64,000 nucleotides of DNA from Bilabrum cf. latius. Taxonomy: Eukaryota. Below are positions 35,001-44,704 of the stretch, in pieces. The position numbers and the translations under genes are program-made. The notes below the pieces were generated by a model that worked only from the letters and a program-made list of their open reading frames with translations, was not told the origin of the DNA and searched no databases. Position 1 is the first letter of the stretch; each line of letters opens with the position of its first letter. The stretch covers positions 620,001 to 684,000 of the forward strand of contig OZ237753.1 of assembly GCA_965178125.1 (NCBI GenBank). Reading direction: 5' to 3'.

Positions 35001-37401
35001 GCTCGCTCACTTGCAGAGAGTTGGCGGCGATGAGAATCTGGCACTTAGCCCAATCTATGAGCTGTCTGCTGTGTCTGCCGGCACGAGTTGGCTGAGGCTC
35101 TCAACTGCATTACGCATGGCTTCCGTGAGAACAATCCTCCGTTCAAAAAAGGAATTGGAGCTGGACACGGCCTCCATGAAGGGCGTAAGTGTTGCACTGT
35201 TTGAGGCCGGCATGCACTCATTGGTGCTTCGGGTGCTCGAGCATGCCTGTCAACTGAGGGGCATTCCCGATGTAGACACGTTGGACTCAAAAACCCGCTT
35301 AGTAGAGTGTTTATGTGCGACAGGGTCCTATGCTGAGGCTAATCTGATGCTAGACGCCATGATGAGCGGCCGTGGTGCGAACCGGCTATCGCTTCAGCTG
35401 AAATCTCTCAAGGCAAAAGCATTGTTTGGTCTTGGTATGTACAGGCAGGCACTCACATTGTATGAGGCTATATTCTCCAGTGTTTCGAGGCGAGGTGCTG
35501 CTCCTGCCTCTGCTTAGCTATCAACCTTAGTGCTGCGGCAGATTGCGCAGTGCCACTAGCGGTTAGGTCAATTTGAGACAGCGCTTGCTAGATTTGTCGA
35601 GTGCGAGTCCACGCAGCGTGAAGAGCTTGGCAACGACCACCCAGAATATGGTATTACTTTGTATGCGCGTGCTGGATGCCTCAGAAGCATGGGATAGTTC
35701 GATGCAGCAGTGGAATTGCTAGACAAGCGGCTGAGTATAGAGGAGCGGAGCAACGGCAAGGGAAGCTTGGGGTATACCGACACGTTGCGGGCCAAAGCAA
35801 AGTGTTTGTTGGATCTTGGAAAGTTTGCCGCTGCGCTTAAAATCTCGCACCAGAGTGCCTCGCTACTGAGTGACAGTGTTGGTGAACAGAGTCCCCATTG
35901 GGCTCGAGGTGCTCACGCTGTTGCGGAGTGCATGGTGACCATGGGGCAGTATCAGCCTGCTGCAGACCTTTTGAAGACAGCCTGCAGCGTGCTTCGGCTC
36001 TCTCTTGGATAGTAGCACTCCTGGTACGTGACTGCCGCCCTCGAGCTTGCGAAAGCGTACCGTGGGCAAGCGTAGTACCGCGATTCAAATCACATTTTTG
36101 AAGAGCTGCGCGTCAGCATGAGTTCTGGAACAAGCTTATCTGGCCGTCTTCTAGCGTCTGTTAAGCTTGCTTTCTATGATCACTGCACCGAGACATGCGA
36201 TCATCATGGTGCCGAGGCTGCCTGCCTGGAAGCACTGCGTTTGCTACAGGACAGCGATGATTACCTCATGATCATCAAAGCAAAGCGGCGACTTGCTTTG
36301 TCCATGCATGGGCTGGGCAAACGCGACCTAGCTCTTCCGATGCACCAGGAGTGTAGTGATAAAGTGAAGGAGACTCTCGGACCAGAGCACCCTGACTTTG
36401 CTGTGGCGCTCAGCGAGTAGGGCGATTGCCTTCGGCAGATGGGTAAGCTTGACAAAGCTCAAGAATGCTTTGAGGGATGCGAACGGATTGTCGAGCAATG
36501 CTTTGGCTGCATTCATCCCACGTACGCCATGATTTTGGGCCGCCAGGCGCAGCGTGCCTACGACAAGCTGGTTGGCGAATCGATGGCAGACACTGATATC
36601 CTTTTTGAGTCGCGGGAGCTTGCCAGGCGCTGCTACTCGAGATATGCGGACTCACTTGGACTACTACACCCGCGTTACGTGAATGCAGTATGCCTTTACA
36701 GCGAAACCAAGCTTGCCATTGATTGCATTCCTAGGAAGGTCGAGAGGGGTTGCGGAAGGAGCTCATCAGAGGCTGGGCCCCTATTGGAGCTTCTCCAAGC
36801 AACGATGCGGTCATTTACCCGTGCCAACGCCGACGTTCATCCAGCAGTAGCAAGGCTCTATCAACAGCTGGCTCGCTGTCACCTTGAGAATGCGTCTTGC
36901 CGTCCATGCCAATCTCAGGCATTTGCCTACGCGGATCGGGCTGTCAAAATAATGCAGCAGCTTGACGTCGCACGCGGCGTACAGTATTCTCTGTTTCTTG
37001 AAACCAGGGCGATGTGCGCCCATGTCTAGGCGTGTGGTTTCAGTTCCATGGCTTGTTCTGACAACCAAATAGTTTGTGACGGACTTATGTCTCATTTGGA
37101 CCAGCCAAGCAACTCCGCTGCTTGGTGGAGGGCAACCACCCGGATGGTTTGCTGCTGCTTAGCTGGGCCCACTGACTGGCTAGTCACTTTCCTGTTTTAC
37201 ATGATTCTTTATACCTTGTACACGGCGATGAGAACACATCCTCTGGCAGGATTTATCATTCTTGCAATGATAGTGCTCTGTATGCTGACGTGGCTGGGCG
37301 TTTTTCCCACTCCATCGTATCCACCTCAGAGCGTCGAATGGACCAACATCACCAGTAGTATGAATGATCTCTAGTGGCAGCCATAGATTGATCTGTTTTG
37401 A
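32014..37401 (+). CDS. Clu-domain (clustered mitochondria/TIF31-like) protein with UIM-like motif, kinesin-light-chain-type TPR repeats and C-terminal hydrophobic segments; 1795 aa with TAG=Gln
   Basis: GLFLKFAFDQMGYYGSSVMAAKAAKRE and PFDVEVHQLDDGRRIVLDTHRL (Clu); EELEL[TAG]QAIQSSI (UIM); LGNDHPEY and LGPEHPDFA (TPR). One frame with 18 TAG and no TAA/TGA until 37399. Confidence 0.88.
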
Positions 37402-37483
37402 GACTTTGAATGAGCAGTGAAGGCCCGCAGTCGACTCGGGTCTATGCGTTTGGCGGCACAGAGACGAGATCGAGAGACTGTGC

Positions 37484-37837
37484 GTTGGTGAGGCCAGCAA
37501 GGTCTCTGAGATTGAGGTCGCTCGGTGGGTGCAGGACCCGCTCGAGAAGCAGGCTCAGATGCAACGTAGCGATGCGGAGGAGTGAGAGAGAGAGAGCGGC
37601 TAGGGAGGGAAGTGCAGGGGCGGGGTGGTGGGGCGAATGGAGGGGTTGGGGAGGGTAGAGCAGAGGGAGGGGGACGACGGTTCACCGGAAAGGGGGAGGA
37701 AGTAGTGGAGGAGAAGATGATCGGTGGGGTCTTTGGGTTGATGCGGCGGATAGGAAGGGGGAGGCACAGGCTGGGCAGGTGTGGGTTTGGGCATATGTGA
37801 CGAGTGACTCGGATCAGGGGGATCGGATCACCGACCA
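37484..37837. repeat. Dispersed purine-rich repeat, copy 1 (about 350 bp)
   Basis: Direct repeat of 44084-44407 with sharp shared boundaries. Confidence 0.88.
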
Positions 37838-38743
37838 CATGCGGATGTGGAAGTTGAGAAGTCACAATTAGACTCGAGCGGCAATCAAGCCGCGTGCTAT
37901 TCGGGCGCTGAGCGGCAGCGCTCGCCATACAGTGATGATCGTAGTAAATAGGTCGACTCGCCGGTCACGGTGCTCTGAGATAGCGACGGGGCGCCTGGCC
38001 TTGGTACACTCCCGCCGCGGAGTCGACTGGTTTACAGAGAGAAGAAAGCACCTGGCCGCGCCAGCTGTTGAACTTCAAGTTGCTGGTACAGTTCGACTTA
38101 GCGCAGAGGCTGATCTCACTCTTGCCCCAACGCAAGCTTGATCCACCGTGACACCTCGCCGGTAGTATCAGCTTAGCGCTCGTGAATCATCTACCTTTCC
38201 CGGTTTGTGCACATGACCCGGGTGTTAGTGGAGAAGTAGTCTATCAATTGCTACAAATCCCGCGAAGAGGATTGTTTGTTGCCGCGATGAATCACCGCAA
38301 AGCGGAATGTAAGGCAGCCTAGGTAGCTAAAGATCCACTGGTATGATCAAGGTGGGGGGTGTACATGCGCGTTGGGTGCCGGTACCTGCATATCTGAAGC
38401 CACCGTGAAACTGAGAGACGCTGAACTTAAGGCTTAATGTAGACGTCCAGCATGGTTGTGTACTCGGTGAGCGTAGGACTAGCCATGGAATTGTGTTGCT
38501 TGCTATGAGGGGGTATGCACACGCTCGATATGGTGTCGTGAGCTCTGGAGATGTAGATTGGCTCGATCTTGGCTTGCGCTACGCCCAAACTACGCATGAC
38601 TCTGTCATTCGGATGTATTCTACAGAGCAATAGTTCCTCACACGCACCCAAGCCAACTGGATGTGGCGAACGCACAGCTTCCGTCATCTCGACCAGCGCA
38701 CCAGGCAACACCCTATCTGGTCACACATATGCATTGGGCGCGC

Positions 38744-40738
38744 TCACAGACCTCCTTGAAGCACTCTCTTCTCCTGCAAAACAGCAGCCTTGCCAGCGCT
38801 CACGCCTTGCCTTGCCCTCGCACCTTGATCTTGCAGCACCCCATGCAGATTCCCGCTGCCTGCGACAGCCTGGACGTCCCCGAGGCCGATCCGTGCGCCC
38901 GCAGCATTGAGCACCTTCACGCAGTCCGTGTGCCCGTGCAGAGCTGCAGCCATCACGGGCGTCACCCGGTGCCCGCCCTCTACTACACCCGTCATCGTTA
39001 GACCGCCAGCCAGCTTGCCCAGCCTGAGCCGCTTGCCCAGCTCCATAGGCCTGCCCTCACTAGCTGCCTTGAATACCCTTGCTGCGTCCTAGTGTGCCCT
39101 ATGCGCCCTCCGCCAACGCAGGAGGTGGTGAGTCCTCGGATTGAAGTGGCTAATGAGGGAACATGTCGCTTCATACTGGTGGAGCCCAATGCCGCTGGAT
39201 CGGAAGGTGCCTTCTTGACTGCATGTGAAGCCATTTTTATTCCTTAGGCTGGTGCTGGCACCGGCAAGTAGCAAGCTCTTTGCACACTCATATTGCGCTT
39301 CAACCATCGCAAGATGCAGCGGGGTGTTCTGCTCGAGAGCATCTTGAATGTTGACGTTGGCACCTGCTCCTGCAAGGACTGAAACGCAGGCTGCGTGGCC
39401 AAACTTCACTGCAGCATGGATGGGTGCACTTCCTCTGTCATTGATTGCATTTACGTTGGCTCCAGCCGCAATGAGCAGCTCGAGGCAATCCTTGTCCCCT
39501 TTCAAGGCCGCCAGCATCAGTGGCGTGTTTCCGGATTGATCGCCCTAGTCCACGCTGAGCTTGTTCTTGCGGATCACCCGCGGCGATAGCAGGAGCTCCA
39601 GGCACTTCCGGTGCCCGCACTCGGCGGCTGCATGCAAGGGAGTCTGATAGGCTTTTGCTCGTCGCCGTAGAGCTGGAACTCCAGCATCCAACAGAACTTG
39701 CAGACATCGCTCTCGCCCAAGCTTGGAGGCCATATACACTGACTGGTACCTTTGATCCACACCGCGAGCATCGATTCCCACGCCGGCTTCAAGCAGAACT
39801 TGGAGGCACTACACGGCACCTCTACTTAAGGCAAGGTGAACCATTCCTTGCCCGTCGGTGGCTGCTTCGCCGATCTGCTCCATCTCCTGAAGGACCATCC
39901 GGACGGTGCTGCTGCAACCACTTATCGTGGCTTCTACGAGGCATGAGCACATGCCATTGCTGTTGATCAAGCTCGCACCAGCGTCAAGGAGCATCTGCAT
40001 CGCGGAGTCGCAGCCGGAGCCTGCCGCACGGTCCAATGGCTCTGTCGGGAAATCGTCGTCTGAGACTGCCTAGATGTCTGCGCCGCGGGCTACCAGCACT
40101 CGCAAGGCTTTGCAGCGCAAATCGGTGGCTGCGATATGGATAGGCGCATCACCAGTCGAGTCCATGGAGTTCATGTCAGCTCCTGCGCTGATCAAGGCTT
40201 CAACTACGTCATCATGGCCATGGCGGACTGCCACACTCAGCGCAGTGCCAACGTCACTACCCGCATTCAACAGTATCTGCACACAATTTACGCATCCATG
40301 TTTCGATGCCTCCATTAGTGGCGTTTCTCCTGTTCTATTCAGTGTGTCCACTGTGGCTCCACGCTCGAGCAATGCTCGCAGGGCGCTGGACTTCGAATTC
40401 CGCGCGGCCGCATGCAAGGGCGTACCACGAACAGTCTCCAGATCCAGATTTGCCCCGGCGTCAATTAAAACAGCCATAATATCCACGTGTCCTAACTCAG
40501 ACGCTACTTCTAAAGCCGTTTCCCCTCCTGTATTCATGGTGTTTGGGCTCGCTCCCAACCAGTGGAGAGCATATTCAGCGTTCTCGGGTTTGTTTCGCCT
40601 GATGGATCGAAACAAGGCCTTGCGCGAAGATGATGTGCGTAAATTTTGCATGGTTGTCTTCAAATCCTGCAATGATGGTTGAATAAGTACGCTTGAAGCG
40701 AGCAATTTGAGATTTGCTACAGCTTTTCCAACAGTCAT
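38744..40738 (-). CDS. Ankyrin-repeat protein with shared C-terminal module; 664 aa with TAG=Gln
   Basis: Many TPLH/TPLM..AA..G..C...LL..GA repeats. Five ORFs joined in frame by four TAGs (40070, 39809, 39545, 39089), three of them inside ankyrin repeats. Ends TGA. Confidence 0.9.
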
Positions 40739-41147
40739 TGCAGTGCTAGACGAGTGACGGATCGGTTAAAGGCTTCATGATTCGAACAAGAAGTATAACA
40801 TTAGATTCACGTTCTCACTCTTTGGGTGCAATATCTTCTCTTGCCCTGAATTGCGAGCCGAAATCTGTTGCGACATCATGCTATGCCTCACTAACAGCAC
40901 TTAGAACTCCGATCGATTTATCGCGAGCACTTGCTCCAACGATTGCCAAACGGCTGATGGTGTCGTTTTCATCAATTGTGTAGCATGTTAAGTATATACC
41001 ATAGCTTTAATATAAATCTGAGCTGCTGTAAACCAATTCTTTCTCTAAAATAACCTCGTGATAGTTCGAAATGTGGCACAGAACACTTCAACAGAGCCCC
41101 TGGGCTTCAACACCAATGATATGCCCATTCAGGCTCTTCTGCGCCAT

Positions 41148-42689
41148 TCAATCATATTTCTCACGGTAACCCCCACGCACTAGCCGTCCAACAGCATCGA
41201 CTCTAGCATTGCTCGAAGCAGCCTTGCTCGAGGCATGCCTGACCTGTCCTCCCGCTCCTACTGATGCCCCAGCCCGCTCTTTACAAATCGCCAGATTAGT
41301 CTCCCGCGGCTCCGCGCCCTCCGACTGCAGCACCCGCACGCAGTCCGTGTGCCCGTGCAGAGCTGCAGCCATCACGGGCGTCACCCGGTGCCCGCCCTCC
41401 ACTACACCCGTCGTCGTTAGACCGCCAGCCAGCTTGCCCAGCCTGAGCCGCTTGCCCAGTTCCAGCGACCTGCCTGCACTTGCTGCCTTGAACACTCTTG
41501 CTGCGGCCTAGTGTGCCCTCCCCGGCCAGCACGTTCTTCAGAGCTCCTGTTCTCTTGCAGGGTCCCACACTGCCGTTGCTGGCCGCTGGGGCTACTGCCC
41601 GGACGAGCTCTGCAGCCCGAGCGGCTCGTCTGCCGGAGACTCGGGGCTGATGCTGCCGCTGTCTGTGCCACTGCTGGTGCTGGTTCTGGTGGTGGTGCTG
41701 GTACTGGTGCTGGTGCTGGTGCTGGCGTCGGGCCCGGATCCTGCCTCGTCTCGGGCAGCGCGTCTCGGTGATGAAGGCAGGCATTTCCGAATGCTCGAGA
41801 CAAAGACATCTTCCCATTCCTCCTGCTGATTCCCAGCAAACAGAAACTGGAAGCAATGCAACAGTGCGCGCACGTCCGGCGTCCATGCAGTGTCCTGCAT
41901 GGCCAGCTCTGGAACCAACAGCATCAACAGCCGGCTGCCGCTGTCCATCCTGCTCTCGAAAGCGACAGGGTCATCATCTATCACAGCATCTGCCTTGCGA
42001 TACTTCAAGAGGAGACGTATTTGTACACTGTCCGGATGACTCCTTTTCAGAAGCGGTAGGGCGGCGTGGACCGCCATAGTCAGCCTAGTCTTCAAGCTCG
42101 GTCCCGGCGAACTGGGATACTTCCTGACTGCACCCCCGACGCGGGGGTACTTGGCGGCTTGTCCTACAGCCTAATGCTCATTGCCGGACGGTTCGGAGCG
42201 ACTACGTTTCTATCCGGGTACGTCTTGAGTCCCATCGCTAGCAGTGCCAAGGATGCCGAGGTCCTGTCGCGCCCTTCCAGTCGCTGGAGCTCGCCGGCCA
42301 TCGATATGATAATGCGCACTCTTTTTCAGGTTCGACCATTCGAATATTCCGTACTTTTTACCGCATACTTGGCAGCTGATGGCCCTGTCTTCAATCATGC
42401 GCACTCGGTCGGCGGGCTCTTTTGCGTGGCCAAAGCAACGTTGCAATTCGGATCCTATGCGCCCCTTGTCAATCTCCATGACTAACCTATTGAGCTGATG
42501 CGACAAAAAGGCGTCATAGAGGGTTCTGAGGCGGCCATTCACCTTCTAACCCGTAATCGTTTCGTACTGGCGAACCGCATTCGCATATGATTTCGGTAGT
42601 GAAACTAGACTTGGGTTGCTACGAACCAGCTGCTCAACGTTCTTAAAATTAGCCTTGATTGCATCGGCCGATAGTTTCTAGCGATACAT
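41148..42689 (-). pseudogene. Unknown protein (CxxC-containing N-terminus) fused in frame to the shared C-terminal module, interrupted by one TGA at 41538-41540
   Basis: Frame is open from ATG 42689 through TAGs to TGA 41538, then continues in the same frame into RAH[TAG]AAARVFKAASAGRSLELGKRLRLG... and stops at 41148. Confidence 0.6.
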
Positions 42690-42749
42690 TGAGAGCAAAT
42701 AAGTTGCAATCACTTCTACTTATACCTCGCCTCATTCTAGCCAGACCCC

Positions 42750-42844
42750 TCAGGGGGGGGGGGCACACTGGCAGCCTGAACCGGAACAGGGGGGCCCAGG
42801 GGTACCGCCTTTTCGAGGCGAAATCCTGTGCCCCCCCCCCCTGA
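42750..42844. mobile_element. 95-bp MITE-like element with perfect 18-bp terminal inverted repeats (TCA-G11-CACA ... TGTG-C11-TGA)
   Basis: The TIRs are exact reverse complements; the element is GC-rich in an AT-richer neighbourhood; no target-site duplication seen. Confidence 0.55.
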
Positions 42845-44083
42845 AATGCATATTACTGGCCGATAATGATGTGATATTGTCCCGGAGATGACAAATAAGT
42901 TTGAAAATTGGTAGATAGAGCCAAGAATGGTAGCAGATTAGAAGTTGGATCGACCCCAACGTCCCTCAGGGGTTCCGATACCCTCAGGCTGATCCGATCC
43001 AGTATGCGAGGGCCAGGAATTCTCGAAAGGTTCCGCCAAGTACCCATCAGACAACATTCACTTGTTCATAAGTACCATGGTAGCAATCTAATCCATGGAG
43101 AACTGGTAATTGTTTTCTACTACGTGCCACAGAATGCCGAAAGCTGGGCACGGCCGGGAGCTTGTGAAGCACAAGGTGCTCTTCACCGCGGGCAATTCAC
43201 AGGTAGCATAATCAGCATAAGAAGCTTTGTCTCCTCTTACAACAGGAGCCGTCACTGCTGAGTGCGTGTACTTTCCGCCAGGTGAGGCCTACGCGGCTTT
43301 AATGGCTGCAAGCAGCAGCGGCAGCGAATCTGTGGATACTTCGGCCGACGCGTACCATCAGCTTATTCACAATAGGCAAGCTATCGTAACTATGTGGCAG
43401 CAGGCGAACGCAGGGAACCAAAGGTTGGAGCGCTCCGGCGAGCATCTCCTGCTGCGATTGCTGTGAGGGGCTTAAGACCCCCGCTAGCCAGTCCTGCTTC
43501 TTATTTCGTTCTCCTAGACTCTCGGATGTCAAGGATTCAGATAGCAGCACCATCTGCGGAATGTGCGCGCTCGACGGCAAAGTCACTAAACGATTTCGAG
43601 GTGTGGCGACTGCACGGCAACTTCTACGAGAAAAACCAAGAAAAGTTAGCTGTCAACTGTCCGGTCGATCAAAAGAACCATGGAAGGATTTTGGGAAAAG
43701 CGGGTTAGACCGGAGGCCGCGACTGAGCCACAGCCGACGGCATCAGCCTGAGGGGCTAGTGCAGACAAGCGCACGACGAGGCAGCCCGACAGCATAGTGG
43801 CGGGCAGGGTGGTGAGGCAGGCAGCATGGCACCATTGGCTCAGCCGGGTCCATCTTCTCGTCATCCTCCTCCAGTTCTTCTCAGGCCAGGCCAGCTGTAG
43901 GACGTGCTGTTGGGACCAGGCACAGGAGTCGTCTGCCCGACGGAGTGGATCTACCCCTGCGATTGCCCGATCAAGTCAAGAGCATGCTAGCTGTAGTGCG
44001 GGTAATCAAACCCGTGGCACACATGTGACTGTCGATATCGTATGCGTGGATTCATTGCATTCGATATCGGTGCAGTGGTCCAA

Positions 44084-44407
44084 GTTGGTGAGGCCAGCAA
44101 GGTCTCTGAGATTGAGGTCGCTCGGTGGGCGCAGGACCCGCTCGAGGAGCAGGCTCTGATGCGACGTAGCGATGCGGAGGAGTGCGAGAGAGAGAGAGAG
44201 AGAGGGCAGCTAGGGGGGGGAGGGTAGAGCAAAGGGAGGGGGGGACGACGGTTCACCGGAACGGGGGAGGAAATGGTGGAGGAGAAGATGATCGGTGGGG
44301 TCATTGGGTTGATGAGGCGGATAGGAAGGGGGAGGCACAGGCCGGGCAGGTGTGGGTTGGGCATGTGTGACGAGTGACTCGGATCAGGGGGATCGGATCA
44401 CCGACCA
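44084..44407. repeat. Dispersed purine-rich repeat, copy 2
   Basis: Direct repeat of 37484-37837. Confidence 0.88.
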
Positions 44408-44704
44408 GTGCAGAACTCACTTGATCATCAGAATTTGCCAAGTGCAAGTGGAATTGTAATGCCAGGCCAATCACCGCAGTATTGATGTTTGAATGCATTC
44501 GCGCAACAGGCATGAATATGAATGCACAGTGCCCCAATGAATACCTTGGCTCGGGCGGAGAGCGTACACTGAGTACACGGCTTCTATGTAGCTATTGTCC
44601 ACCCAATCAACGAGTCGAAACCATCGAAAATCTCACTTGGGAAGCCGATTCACATCTCAATTGCAAAGCCAGCCGAATGTATGCACGAACTGACGATAGT
44701 TCTG

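Noticed and set aside
41538-41540. Selenocysteine at the in-frame TGA
   Set aside because: No redox-motif context and no SECIS element could be identified by eye.
42659-43100. LLIPRLILARPLRGGG as a non-LTR retrotransposon fragment
   Set aside because: The match is short, partly created by the G-run of the MITE-like element, and no reverse transcriptase motifs follow.
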